From Candidatus Latescibacterota bacterium (lineage in GTDB: Bacteria > Latescibacterota > UBA2968 > SICM01): a stretch of DNA of 64,000 nucleotides. The stretch covers positions 32,001 to 96,000 of the forward strand of contig CBDCJO010000002.1 in NCBI GenBank assembly GCA_965217865.1, given 5' to 3'. Made by a program: the position numbers and the translations under genes. This document shows, in pieces, positions 53,467 to 64,000 of this stretch (its first letter is position 1; each line of letters opens with the position of its first letter). The notes under the pieces are model-generated. The model was not told the origin of the DNA, did not search any database, and was given only the letters and a program-made list of their open reading frames with translations.

Positions 53467-53796
53467 CGGAGCCCTGAATCAAAATGAAAATCGGCCTCGC
53501 TGAATCTTCTGCGAAACCGATTATAAAATGAAACAAGATATTGGCGGCTTAAAGGATCTCAATAAGATTCTGGTCGAAGGTTAGCTTTTCGCCTACGAGC
53601 GGAGATCTTCCTATGAGGACCATACGTTCCTCGGGCGGGGAGGGGAACCCTCTTTGTCTCCCCTTCTTCCATTCCGATTACCCTATTTTCAAGGTATTTC
53701 CCCCTCGAATAGCACGGACATTCGTTCACCCTGGATGTAAGTTAAGCGATTGAAAACAAAATTTCAAGCCTTAAATCTGGATTAGGAGCACCCGCG

Positions 53797-54879
53797 ATGA
53801 TCTCAACCATCACTGAAAAAGTTTTTGGAGGGGAACGTCTTTCCATTCAGGACGGACTCGACCTCTTCCGACACCCAAATCTCGCAGAATTGGGCATATT
53901 GGCGAATCACGTCCGATGGAAGAAACACCCCGAAAGGGTCGTCACCTATGTCGTGGGGAGAAACATCAACTATACGAACCTCTGCTGGGTGCGATGTAAA
54001 TTTTGTGCGTTCTACCGCCCCCCAGGCTCCAACGAAGGTTACGTCCTCCCCCGAGAGGAAATCTTCGAAAAGATCCAGGAATTGGTGGATATTGGCGGAA
54101 CGAAACCGAAAACCTGTGAAGTCCTCATGCAGGGAGGCCTCAATCATAAGCTCAAACTCGACTACTACCTGGATCTTATCGGTTCGATTAAAAATAGATT
54201 CCCCTCGGTTCACATGCACTCCCTTTCCGCCACGGAAATCGTCTACATCGCTCATATCTCCCGTCTCTCTCTCGAAGCGTGCATCAAGGCCTTGAGAGAT
54301 GCCGGTCTGGATTCGATCCCCGGTGCAGGAGCGGAGATCCTCTCCGACGATGTTCGTCAGATCATCGGTTTCCGAAAGGATACCGTCTCCGAATGGCTCG
54401 ATGTCCATCGCATCGCTCACCGCCTGGGAATGCGGACCTCCGGGACGATGATGTACGGACACGTCGAGACCGATGAACAGCGGATGGAGCACCTGAACCT
54501 TATCCGGGATCTCCAGGATGAGACAGGGGGTTTTACGGCCTTTATCCCGTGGAGCTTCCAGCCTTCCGGTACCGAATTGGCCGGGGAATGGGAAGGAACG
54601 AAGGCCACTGGTTTCGATTACCTCCGCACTACGGCCATCGCACGTCTCTACCTGAACAACATCGATAACATTCAGGCATCCTGGGTTACTCAAGGCCCCA
54701 AGATTGCGCAGATCGGTCTTCATTATGGTGTAAACGATTTCGGAAGCACCATGATGGAGGAGAACGTGGTAAGTGCGGCCGGAACGAAATACTGTATGCC
54801 GATCCAGGAGATCGCTAGACTCATTCGGGATGTGGGCTGCGAACCCGTTCGGCGAAATACGGGGTACGGAATCGTATGA
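53797..54879 (+). CDS. mqnC: Cyclic dehypoxanthinyl futalosine synthase
   Basis: RNINYTNLCWVRCKFCAFYR, LMQGG, NIQASWVTQG, NDFGSTMMEENVV. Confidence 0.92.
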   Translation: MISTITEKVFGGERLSIQDGLDLFRHPNLAELGILANHVRWKKHPERVVTYVVGRNINYTNLCWVRCKFCAFYRPPGSNEGYVLPREEIFEKIQELVDIGGTKPKTCEVLMQGGLNHKLKLDYYLDLIGSIKNRFPSVHMHSLSATEIVYIAHISRLSLEACIKALRDAGLDSIPGAGAEILSDDVRQIIGFRKDTVSEWLDVHRIAHRLGMRTSGTMMYGHVETDEQRMEHLNLIRDLQDETGGFTAFIPWSFQPSGTELAGEWEGTKATGFDYLRTTAIARLYLNNIDNIQASWVTQGPKIAQIGLHYGVNDFGSTMMEENVVSAAGTKYCMPIQEIARLIRDVGCEPVRRNTGYGIV

Positions 54880-55676
54880 GTATCCGACTCGGCGTCGTTA
54901 ACTACCTCAATACGAAACCGCTTGTCTACGCGCTGGAGCGGAACCTAGTCCCCCACCGCTTTGAACTCATCTACGATGTGCCCTCTGCCTGTGCCAGCCT
55001 GCTCGCCCGAAGAGAACTGGATCTAGCTATAATCCCGTCGATCGAATACGCCCGATCCGAAGTCTACCATATCGTCCCCGACGTGTCGATCGCCTGCGAC
55101 GGCCCTGTGAAAAGCGCTCTCCTTATCTCCCCGGTGAACATCGACAAGATCCGGTCCGTTGCCCTCGACACGAATTCCCGGAGTAGCACCGCACTTTCTC
55201 GCATCTTGATGCAGCGAATTCACGGATTTACCGGGGAATTCATCGACCATTCTCCGAACCTCGACGCTATGCTGAAAGTTGCCGATGCAGCGGTCCTGAT
55301 CGGTGACTGTGCTCTCGAAATCGAACAATCAAACGTCAGAATCTGGGACCTGGGTGAGATGTGGCGGCAAAATACCGGACTGCCTTTTGTCTTCGCCGTC
55401 TGGGCGGGTGTCCCAGGGGTTCTGTCCCCCGAAGATGTGTCTGCCCTGATAGAGGCAAAGCGGATCGGACTGGGCTTTGTGGACGAGATCTCAACAACCT
55501 TCGGGGAGGGACATCGAGGATCTGCCGCTTTCTATGAATCCTACCTCACAAAGCATATCCTCTACGAATTCGGTGAGAAGGAATCCGAAGGCCTCAGGAC
55601 CTTCTACCGGCACGCGGCATCCCTGGACATAATTCCGAACGAACCCGAAATTCGTTTTTACGACCGTTCCAAATAG
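54876..55676 (+). CDS. mqnA: Chorismate dehydratase
   Basis: VNYLNTKPL, GPVKS, SRSS, LIGD.AL, DLG..W...TGLPFVFAVW. Confidence 0.92.
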   Translation: MSIRLGVVNYLNTKPLVYALERNLVPHRFELIYDVPSACASLLARRELDLAIIPSIEYARSEVYHIVPDVSIACDGPVKSALLISPVNIDKIRSVALDTNSRSSTALSRILMQRIHGFTGEFIDHSPNLDAMLKVADAAVLIGDCALEIEQSNVRIWDLGEMWRQNTGLPFVFAVWAGVPGVLSPEDVSALIEAKRIGLGFVDEISTTFGEGHRGSAAFYESYLTKHILYEFGEKESEGLRTFYRHAASLDIIPNEPEIRFYDRSK

Positions 55677-56277
55677 GAACTTGGCTTTGTCCACGAAGGT
55701 TGCCTAGCGGAGATTGAGGATTTTAATGTTGTCGATGCGGATCGGCGGCTAGAATCGGTATTGACAGAAATTCAAGCAAAGTTGATTGAGGCTTGTCCTG
55801 GAATTCTCGACGGAGTCCGATCGAGAAAGAAATTTCGTCGCATATTGGACAATGGTGGAATGCTGACTCAGCCCCCTTCCGAAAGTTGCGGTGGTAACGC
55901 CGAAAATACTTTATCTCTTCCCTTTCTAGGAACTCGTACCGAACAACACCTCAAATACGGAAGAAGGGCGACTGGGGCCGTGGAAGAAGTGGAGTACTGG
56001 ATGCTAAACACGGGATGGATGGTTATCACTTTGCTCCCCCTTGAGGGAGCGGGCCATCGGTCGGCGAACGGGCAGCATATGTTGGTACGGCTCTGGGGAT
56101 TCCCGAGGACATCCGTTGCCATCTTGAGCCTATCAAGAATGTGGCCAGGATTCGTTTGACCAAAGTCCTCATTGAGGGGATCAGCTCCCCATCAGTGGAT
56201 CAAATATACCACCCGAGGGTTCCGTAATTACGACGAATTAAACACAACGACCTGATCCATGTCAGAGGCCTGAATCT

Positions 56278-59200
56278 TTGCTCACATTAAACCTGGAAGA
56301 ACCCAAGAAGATGAGCCCTGAAGTCGAGCTTTTACTCTGTTGCGCCCGGACATCCATGGACTCCGAGATAAATGAGCGGGTCAGAGCCTTGCTCCGGGAA
56401 TACATAGACTGGGAGTACCTGATCGAGATATCATCTCTTCATGGTATGAAGCCACTTTTATATTGGCATCTTAAGAATATTTCCACGGATTTTGTGCCAA
56501 AAACTATCGCAAAAGATCTTAAAGACCATTATCTCAATACTACTAAAATAAATGAGTTTCTGGCCTCAGAGTTGATAAAGGTTCTGAATTTATTTAAAGA
56601 CCACGAAATTCCAGCTCTCACATTCAAAGGACCCATTCTAGCTGCTTCGGTTTATGGCAACCTCTCACTTCGGCAATTTGGAGACATAGACGTCTTGATT
56701 CACAAGCGAAATGTTCCTAAAGCCAAAGACTTGCTCATCTCTGAGGGGTTTGAATCATATAAAAATATTCAACTTACTGGCGCAGAGGAAGCGTCTTTCC
56801 TTCAAGCCACGGAAGAATTGGACCTTCTAGGTAGGAAAAGCGACGATGATATCGAAGACATCCCGTGTTGGGTAGATCTGCATTGGGCAGTCAAAGGCGC
56901 GGCGGAATACTACCTCCCATTGGATGTCGATGATTTCTGGGGCAATCTCGAAGAAGTACCCCTAGCTGGTACTACAGCACAAGGCTTTTCTGCGGAGGAT
57001 ACACTTATAACCCTCTGCATACATGGGACCAAAACTCTATGGACCTTATTTTGGAAACCATTAAGTTTGATCTGCGACATTGCCGAACTGGTTCGCGTCC
57101 ATCCGGAGATAGATTTGGGACGAGTTATAGAGCATGCCGGAAGACTTGGTTGTGAACGAATAGTCGCCCTCGGTCTTTTCCTGGCAAACGATATCTTAGG
57201 AGCATCTCTACCAAAAGAAGTTTTGCAGAGGGTACAAGCCGACCCAGTAGTAAGATATTTCGCCACGCTAGTTAAGAGACATATGTTGTTCCAAACCCAC
57301 ACTGGGACTGCTTCTATGGAGGAGTGTACTGACATCAATCATATTGACCTCGACTTGATTCAGGAAATCAACCCTAGCGTCGATTTGTTTGTCATGCATG
57401 TCAATAACCTCATCGACGCGATAACGTTCGGTGTGACGGTACCATGGAAGGATAAACAGATCTATTCTAGTGACATCATAGACTGTGCTCAAGAACTAAA
57501 TAGGCACCGGGAATTCATCGGTAGGGATTGGTTGACAAGGCGAGTTCAGGAGTTTGTTGGCAGGTGTAATAGCGGTTTCCTGTTACTAACAGCTGAACCA
57601 GGGATTGGAAAAAGTGCCTTTGTTGCAAATCAAGTAAGCTCCAATAAGCAAAGAAGTGTCTTCCATTTCATCAGAAATGATATGGGGTATTGGGACGATC
57701 CTGATTCTATTCTCCGATCGCTAATTGGTCAACTGCGCCATAAATACAATCTACCAGAAATCGATAGCGAACAACGTATGACTCCTAAAGTTGCTTTTCT
57801 TGCCATGCTTCGGCTTGTTAGTAATGGATTAAATGGACAGAAGGAAGTTATCTATCTGGATGGATTAGATGAAGCTTTTGGATCAGGAGGGAGGTTTACT
57901 CAAATTACGCTGTCTGACTTTTTACCGCGTGATGATGGGCCAATTTTACCTAATGGTATTTTTATAGTACTCACTTCGCGTCCGGGCAACCACCTGAAAT
58001 GGTTGATGGACCTGAAGTTATGTGAGGTAGAAACTCTCGATCCTAATGCACAGGATAACAAGGATGATATCCATACCTATGTGTGTCATAAAAATCAGGT
58101 GGGGAACCTGGGGCTCACAGAAAGTTTCATTGAATACTTGGTAGACGCCTGCGAAGGAATTTTCGCTGTCGCTTTGATATATCTACGGATGCATCCAGAT
58201 TTAAGTAAGGAACTAACCAGGCAACGGGATCCATCTATTATTCCACGCGGTTTGGCAGATTGGTTTGTGAAACAGTGGACTCATGTGGTAACAGCAGCCC
58301 AACAACAGGGAATCGATCAAAATGTAGTGCGGGGCATTTTAGGATTGATGACGGTTGCCCGGGAACCCCTTGCCAAAGAGCACTTGATTGAGTTTCTGTC
58401 ACTGAAGAAGGGAACACCATCCGTTGGATTTCTAAATTTAGAGAAAATGGCACCTGACTTAGATAAGGTTCTAAATTTGTCACAAGAGTTCTTTGACTCT
58501 CCAAGCATGAAACAAGATGAAGTCAAATACTATCGGTTCTTCCACTCCAGTTTGTCTGAATTCATTACAGCAGATTTGTCAGAAGAAGAAAGGTCTGATT
58601 GCCATCGCCTTTTCGCAGAAAAGTGTGAAGCTTGGAATCAATTTCAAGGAGCTATTCGAAAATATGCTCTCCGCTATCGATTAAGTCATTTAATCGCCGC
58701 AGAAGAATGGGGCCAACTTGCTAAAGCATTTGCTGAGACCGATTTCATCGTGGAACGCAACAAGAAGTTTGGATTTGCTGAGATTTATTCGGACGCCAAT
58801 TTCATGATGCATGACTCGAGAATACCTCAAGACCTATACGAGGCATTCCGAGAGTGGGAACGTTTTCTTCGTAGGCGCATCGAGCAGTTTAGAGATTTCC
58901 CGGAGGCTTATCTTCAAGAGATAATCAATGAGTTTTTACCTTTAGCTTCCAAACCATTTGCCAGTGTTTTCAAGCTGGTAAAAGATACTTTCCTTCCTCC
59001 TTCCTCCTTCTGTCAGAAAATATTTGGCCCTCCTGCCATAAGAGGCACAGGCCACAGAGATCAGATCTCAAGTGTTGCCTTTTCTAACGATGAAAAATTT
59101 ATAGCTACCGGAAGCCGTGACAGTACAGTGAAAGTGTGGGAGATAGCAACCGGCCTGTTGATAGCGAATCTAATCAAAGATAATAAAGAACCGGTGCTAT

Positions 59201-60921
59201 GCATTGCCTTTTCTCTCGACGCCAAATTCATTGCAATGCAAAGTGCGGATGGCGCAGTGAAAGTGTGGGATGTGCAGACCGGAGTTCTTGTCTCAAGCTG
59301 TGTAGGGCTTTCCGGTTGGGATGTTAACATGGCATTTTCACCTGATGGAAGGTTCGTTGCAGCAGGAAATTCGGCTGGATTAGTTAAGATATGTGAGGCA
59401 CAGACTGGACGACTGATAGGAGAATGTGTTGGACACAAGGCCAATATATCTTGTACCGTCTTTTCTCATAGTGGAAAGTATGTTGCATCTGGAAGTTGTG
59501 ACAGTACTGTCAAAATTTGGGAGGTAGAAACTGGGAAACTGGTGGCAGATTGTATAGGACATAGGGACTGGGTGAATGCTGTTGTATTTTCGCCCGACGA
59601 AAAGTTAGTAGCGTCCGGAAGTAATGACAAAACAGTAAAAGTGTGGGAAGTTGAAACCGGACAGTTGATAGGAGACTGTGTTGGACATAATGATTCAGTA
59701 TTCAGTGTCACCTTTTCTCAAGATGGACAATTTATAGTATCGGGAAGTAAAGATAAAACTGTTAAGGTATGGGAAGCAAAAACTGGACGAGTGGTGGCAA
59801 ATTGTTTGGGGCATACAGACTGGGTACTATCCGTTGATTCTGCTAAAGATTTTGTTACATCCGGGAGTCGTGACAATACCATTAAGGTATGGGAAGCAAA
59901 AACTGGACATTTGGTAGCAGATTGTATAGGCCATAAAGACATGGTTTTCAGCGTTAACTTTTCCCAAGATGGACAATTCGTCGCATCCGGAAGCTGGGAT
60001 GACACAGTTAAGGTTTGGGAGGTAGAGAGTGGAAAGTTGGCAAAAGATTTGGCGGTAAGGCAAGGCGACGACAATGTAAGTTGTGTAGCCTTCTCACACG
60101 ATGCTAAGCTAGTGGCAACGGGGGACAAAGATGGGATGGTGAAAGTAGAGGAGACGAGGAACAGACAACGGTTATCAAACTGCATTGGTCATGAAGGAAC
60201 TGTAAACGATATTGTCTTTTCTCCTGACGGAAGATTTATAGGGTCAGGAGGTGATGATGGAACGGTGAAGGTTTGGGAGACCCATACAGGACAACTGATA
60301 ATAGATTGTGTTGGACATCCAGACTGGGTTTTCAGCGTTGATTTTTCCCATGATGGAAAGTATGTGGCATCTGGGAGTTGGGACAATACTGTTAAGATAT
60401 GGGAGACACAAACGGGAAAGAGGGTAGTAGATTGTATTGGACATGAGGGCAAAGTGACCAGCGTTGCCTTTTCTGCCGATGGACGATTTCTGGTATCGGG
60501 TAGTGATGACAGGAAGGTAAAAATATGTGATATAGTGACTGGGCGACTGGTATCCGACTTCGTAGGGCACAAGGATAGTGTAAACACGGTTGCTTTTTCT
60601 CCTGATGGAAAATTTATAGCTTCTGGAAGCCGGGACAATACTGTAAAGATATGGGAAGTGGCAACACAAAAAGTGGTGGCTGACTGCATAGAGCATAAGG
60701 ATCATGTAAATACAGTTGCTTTTTCAGCAGACGGAAGTTTTGTGGCGTCAGGAAGCAAAGATAGGAGTGTGAAAATATGGAAGGACTTGGAAGGCTTATG
60801 CATTAATACTCTGTTTTTCGACTATCCGTTGATCAAGGTTGGCTTTACTGCTATACCCACTCGTTCTTTACTAGTTGCTGATCTCAAAGGCCAGATTTTC
60901 GGTTATGAAATAACTATCTAA
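56278..60921 (+). CDS. Nucleotidyltransferase-NACHT/STAND NTPase-WD40 fusion protein
   Basis: FKGPILA...RQFGDIDVLI and VDLHW (NTP_transf_5-like), FIGRDWL, AEPGIGKS, YLDGLDE, LTSRP, about 14 WD40 repeats; likely start ATG 56311. Confidence 0.88.
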   Translation: MLTLNLEEPKKMSPEVELLLCCARTSMDSEINERVRALLREYIDWEYLIEISSLHGMKPLLYWHLKNISTDFVPKTIAKDLKDHYLNTTKINEFLASELIKVLNLFKDHEIPALTFKGPILAASVYGNLSLRQFGDIDVLIHKRNVPKAKDLLISEGFESYKNIQLTGAEEASFLQATEELDLLGRKSDDDIEDIPCWVDLHWAVKGAAEYYLPLDVDDFWGNLEEVPLAGTTAQGFSAEDTLITLCIHGTKTLWTLFWKPLSLICDIAELVRVHPEIDLGRVIEHAGRLGCERIVALGLFLANDILGASLPKEVLQRVQADPVVRYFATLVKRHMLFQTHTGTASMEECTDINHIDLDLIQEINPSVDLFVMHVNNLIDAITFGVTVPWKDKQIYSSDIIDCAQELNRHREFIGRDWLTRRVQEFVGRCNSGFLLLTAEPGIGKSAFVANQVSSNKQRSVFHFIRNDMGYWDDPDSILRSLIGQLRHKYNLPEIDSEQRMTPKVAFLAMLRLVSNGLNGQKEVIYLDGLDEAFGSGGRFTQITLSDFLPRDDGPILPNGIFIVLTSRPGNHLKWLMDLKLCEVETLDPNAQDNKDDIHTYVCHKNQVGNLGLTESFIEYLVDACEGIFAVALIYLRMHPDLSKELTRQRDPSIIPRGLADWFVKQWTHVVTAAQQQGIDQNVVRGILGLMTVAREPLAKEHLIEFLSLKKGTPSVGFLNLEKMAPDLDKVLNLSQEFFDSPSMKQDEVKYYRFFHSSLSEFITADLSEEERSDCHRLFAEKCEAWNQFQGAIRKYALRYRLSHLIAAEEWGQLAKAFAETDFIVERNKKFGFAEIYSDANFMMHDSRIPQDLYEAFREWERFLRRRIEQFRDFPEAYLQEIINEFLPLASKPFASVFKLVKDTFLPPSSFCQKIFGPPAIRGTGHRDQISSVAFSNDEKFIATGSRDSTVKVWEIATGLLIANLIKDNKEPVLCIAFSLDAKFIAMQSADGAVKVWDVQTGVLVSSCVGLSGWDVNMAFSPDGRFVAAGNSAGLVKICEAQTGRLIGECVGHKANISCTVFSHSGKYVASGSCDSTVKIWEVETGKLVADCIGHRDWVNAVVFSPDEKLVASGSNDKTVKVWEVETGQLIGDCVGHNDSVFSVTFSQDGQFIVSGSKDKTVKVWEAKTGRVVANCLGHTDWVLSVDSAKDFVTSGSRDNTIKVWEAKTGHLVADCIGHKDMVFSVNFSQDGQFVASGSWDDTVKVWEVESGKLAKDLAVRQGDDNVSCVAFSHDAKLVATGDKDGMVKVEETRNRQRLSNCIGHEGTVNDIVFSPDGRFIGSGGDDGTVKVWETHTGQLIIDCVGHPDWVFSVDFSHDGKYVASGSWDNTVKIWETQTGKRVVDCIGHEGKVTSVAFSADGRFLVSGSDDRKVKICDIVTGRLVSDFVGHKDSVNTVAFSPDGKFIASGSRDNTVKIWEVATQKVVADCIEHKDHVNTVAFSADGSFVASGSKDRSVKIWKDLEGLCINTLFFDYPLIKVGFTAIPTRSLLVADLKGQIFGYEITI

Positions 60922-61187
60922 AGCCAAAGATACGAAACACACAATTTAGTTTTAACATTGCTGTAAACAGCAACACTTCACTTTCCCCTCCCCCCCTTGC
61001 TCAAAATTCCCGTCACCAATCTTGGGCAACCATAAAATTTGCGAAGTTGCATATTCTTTTATTCTGCAATACTGACGTATGCGGGATATGTGGATTTTGT
61101 CTTGCTTTGAACTCTCTGCATCTATATATTCTGAAGATGGTTATCTAAAGTCCCCCTATCAAATTTCCTGTTACGTGAGGGTTCCCT

Positions 61188-63572
61188 TTGGTTGGAACAA
61201 TGGTAGAAATGGAATCACTGAATTTTGAAGGTACAGCTCAAAATGATATTCCAAAGGATGTCTTCGACAGCCTGAAAGACCTGATGCATCCTGAGGAGAA
61301 AGTGCAACTATCTGCGTCCACAGATCTCAGGTCCGACGGAACATATGGATCTGATTGGATACTTGCTACGGATCGACAACTGTATGCGTTCAGACCAAAT
61401 GGAGAAGAGCCACCTGGCATAATCCAAATTCCCCTCATGGAGATTGTGGAAGCGCAGGTCGAAGATTCACCTTGCAGCGGGGTTCTCAAAGTGCGAACGG
61501 TCCACAAAGGATTCACTCTAGCGCACTTTACGAGAACACTCCTCCCACGATTCTCAAATCTTTCAAAGCAGATATTAACCCTTGTTCAAGAGATTGGGTT
61601 TGAAGGAAATCAAGAAAGGAGAGGTGACTCCAAGCGTCCTACCACTCATGCTGAGGAAAAGAGATGCGAAAAATGTGGGTGGGTTATTGCTCATTTTACA
61701 AACATTTGCCACAATTGCCTTCCAAAGCGCAAGCACCTAACTCGAATCCTCAGCTATGTTTTCCCTTTTTGGGGGCTAACTCTTGTCAGTCTTATCCTTC
61801 TTCTAGTTGCCACCTTCATTGGCCTTACTCCTCCGCTGATCATGCGGACTCTTATTGATGACGTTCTTGCGCCTGCACGGCTAGACCTGTCATCCACTCG
61901 GTTAAAATCGCCTTCCGATAGAGAAAGTGGCCACGGTAGTATGCGTGGAAGGGATGAGGGAGTACCTATATCAAAAGGTAGTGGTGACACAGCGAAGTTA
62001 GCCAGATTGGTGATTCTTCTGCTCTTAGTAAATGTTTCACGGAATGGGCTGGGGGCTTTCAGAAGCTACCTTTTGGCCAAGCTCGGTCAGAGAATCACCT
62101 TCAATCTAAGATGTCAGGTTTATCGGCACATCCACAACCTATCCCTGAGTTTTTACAATAGAGGCACTGGATGGATCATCCACCACATCACGAATGATGT
62201 CGGTAAGATTCAAGATTTCATCACCCAGAAACTTCAAGACAGCATCGTTAATATACTAACCCTTCTTATTATCTGTTGCATTCTTTTCTATCTAAACCCT
62301 GGATTGGCCGCCCTCGTACTGCTTCCGACTCCGTTCTATGTAATTGCCACCGTGTTTTTCGGTCGACGGATAGGAGACAAGACAAAGGTTCTTGCACGCC
62401 GATGGGCTGGACTAAGTGGACTTCTTGGGGATGTTATTTCGGGAATTAGGGTAGTGAGATCATTTGCTCAAGAAAAGCGGGAGGTGAATAAGTTTGAGAG
62501 GAAAAACTGGGATCTCTATAAGGGCGAACTTGGGATGGCGCGAATACAGAGCGGATTTGCACCCCTCATGACCTTCCTCACATCTCTGGGGACTCTCATC
62601 ATTTGGTGGATTGGTGGCCACAAGGTCATAGGAGGAACCCTCACGCTAGGTGACTTTGTAGCCTTCACCAGTTATATGTGGCAGTTCTATGGTCCAGTGG
62701 AATCTCTCTGCAACATCAATCACGGATTTCGGAAGGCAGCAGGTTACTCTTCGCGTGTTTTTGACATCCTAGACACCCCACTTGACAATGGGGATAAGAG
62801 GAATGCTTCTCGAATTAAGCGAGTAGAAGGACGAGTGGAATTCAGGAATGTAACCTTTGCTTACGAACCTGGAAAACCGGTTCTCAAGAACATAAATTTT
62901 GTGGTAGAGCCAGGCGAAATGATTGGCTTGGCGGGACATAGCGGTGCAGGCAAGACGACCTTGATCAACCTCATCTGTAGATTCTACATAGCCCAGGAAG
63001 GGGCAGTATTGATCGATGGATGTGACGTCAGAAACATCCAGTTGAAGTCCTACAGAGAGCAAATCGGGGTAGTTCTTCAGGACACTTTTCTTTTTAACAG
63101 CACTGTAGCTGAGAATATTTCATACGGCAATCCTGAAAGCTCTTTTGATGAAATTATGGCTGCAGCAAAAGCAGCAAGCGCTCATGACTTCATAATGAAT
63201 CTTCCTGATGGATATGAGACATTACTTGGTGAGAGAGGCGCTCGTCTCTCAGGTGGAGAGCGCCAGCGTCTCTCTATTGCTCGAGCTGTTCTCAGAAATC
63301 CGCGCATTCTTTTTCTCGACGAAGCCACATCCAATCTGGATACTGAGACAGAGGCTCGAATCCAGGATGCGTTGGCTAATCTCATCAAGGGACGTACGAC
63401 CTTTGCGATCGCCCATCGACTTTCTACACTTAAACATGCGAACCGACTATTGATTCTCAACCAAGGGGAACTAGGTGAAATAGGGACTCATGATGAATTG
63501 ATTGCCAAAGACGGGATCTACGCCAAGCTCTGTCGAATGCAGAGTGAGATGTCAAGGATTCACGCTTGGTAA
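61188..63572 (+). CDS. ABC exporter (TMD plus NBD) with N-terminal extension
   Basis: GHSGAGKT, LSGGERQR, FLDEATS, IAHRLST; N-terminal domain and CxxC...CxxC before the TMD. Confidence 0.92.
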   Translation: MVGTMVEMESLNFEGTAQNDIPKDVFDSLKDLMHPEEKVQLSASTDLRSDGTYGSDWILATDRQLYAFRPNGEEPPGIIQIPLMEIVEAQVEDSPCSGVLKVRTVHKGFTLAHFTRTLLPRFSNLSKQILTLVQEIGFEGNQERRGDSKRPTTHAEEKRCEKCGWVIAHFTNICHNCLPKRKHLTRILSYVFPFWGLTLVSLILLLVATFIGLTPPLIMRTLIDDVLAPARLDLSSTRLKSPSDRESGHGSMRGRDEGVPISKGSGDTAKLARLVILLLLVNVSRNGLGAFRSYLLAKLGQRITFNLRCQVYRHIHNLSLSFYNRGTGWIIHHITNDVGKIQDFITQKLQDSIVNILTLLIICCILFYLNPGLAALVLLPTPFYVIATVFFGRRIGDKTKVLARRWAGLSGLLGDVISGIRVVRSFAQEKREVNKFERKNWDLYKGELGMARIQSGFAPLMTFLTSLGTLIIWWIGGHKVIGGTLTLGDFVAFTSYMWQFYGPVESLCNINHGFRKAAGYSSRVFDILDTPLDNGDKRNASRIKRVEGRVEFRNVTFAYEPGKPVLKNINFVVEPGEMIGLAGHSGAGKTTLINLICRFYIAQEGAVLIDGCDVRNIQLKSYREQIGVVLQDTFLFNSTVAENISYGNPESSFDEIMAAAKAASAHDFIMNLPDGYETLLGERGARLSGGERQRLSIARAVLRNPRILFLDEATSNLDTETEARIQDALANLIKGRTTFAIAHRLSTLKHANRLLILNQGELGEIGTHDELIAKDGIYAKLCRMQSEMSRIHAW

Positions 63573-63589
63573 AATGCAAGGAGAGGAAA

Positions 63590-64000
63590 ATGCAAACACG
63601 GCAAGAAGATATATGTGACCTGGAGGGGGAATTACATTTTTTCGATCCAGAGCAAGTCCGGTTTTCCCTCAACGAGTTTGATGATCTCACAGTTGAACTT
63701 GAGAAAGGAGTTACACACAGCCCTCTCATACTCCGACGTGCTTTTCCATTAACTATGGGGGATCAGTATATTGCTGTAAAGAAAGTCGAGGGTGATGAGT
63801 TAGGAATCATAAGAAAAGTCTCAGATCTTGATCCGGATAGTCAACATGTTCTATACGCCCAGTTGAACATGGTATATTTCGCTCCAAGAATTATCCGAAT
63901 AAATTCCATCAAATCACGTCTGGCAATCAATATTTGGGACGTAGAGACAGACAAGGGACGAACTGTGTTTGAGGCCGAGAACACACATAATGACATAAGA
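63590..64000 (+). CDS. DUF1854-like protein, runs off the window
   Basis: Manual translation: RRAFPLT...ELGII...YF.P.I...WDVETDKG; AAGGAG RBS. Confidence 0.8.
   Translation, partial: MQTRQEDICDLEGELHFFDPEQVRFSLNEFDDLTVELEKGVTHSPLILRRAFPLTMGDQYIAVKKVEGDELGIIRKVSDLDPDSQHVLYAQLNMVYFAPRIIRINSIKSRLAINIWDVETDKGRTVFEAENTHNDIR

Noticed and set aside
56278-64000. Lasso peptide cluster around the NTase domain and ABC exporter
   Set aside because: No cyclase, B protein, RRE or precursor visible; the ABC plus DUF1854-like pair is a separate known arrangement

Overview
Bacterial accessory region that grades into housekeeping-type genes. Bases 1-40.7 kb are a decayed mobile/defence mosaic. They contain IS3, IS1380, IS256, IS630 and probable IS21 remnants, phage-like fragments (HGGxSTG, recombinase Zn-ribbon, primase-like, HTH), a MNT-HEPN toxin-antitoxin pair, an MmeI-like type IIL RM enzyme and a complete type I RM operon with a TIGR02391-like insert. 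They also hold several orphan HEPN-like or ART-like ORFs, a cas3 stub, a single type I-B-like CRISPR repeat, a group II intron domain V stub, a secreted metallopeptidase-WD40 protein, and two families of dispersed non-coding repeats. From 40.7 to 49.6 kb a 3'-truncated TonB receptor is joined to a lower-GC cluster: acyl-CoA ligase-like fragment, HemN-like radical SAM, HEAT-repeat protein, flavin amine oxidase and two CYTH proteins. From 52 to 64 kb lie futalosine-pathway mqnE-mqnC-mqnA, a nucleotidyltransferase-NACHT-WD40 fusion, an ABC exporter and a DUF1854-like gene. The best candidates for undescribed systems are the NTase-STAND-WD40 fusion and the radical SAM/HEAT/oxidase/CYTH cluster. 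The WD40/EF-hand protein style suggests a Latescibacterota/Gemmatimonadota/Poribacteria-like host (inference only). All family calls come from motif recognition by eye; no searches were run.
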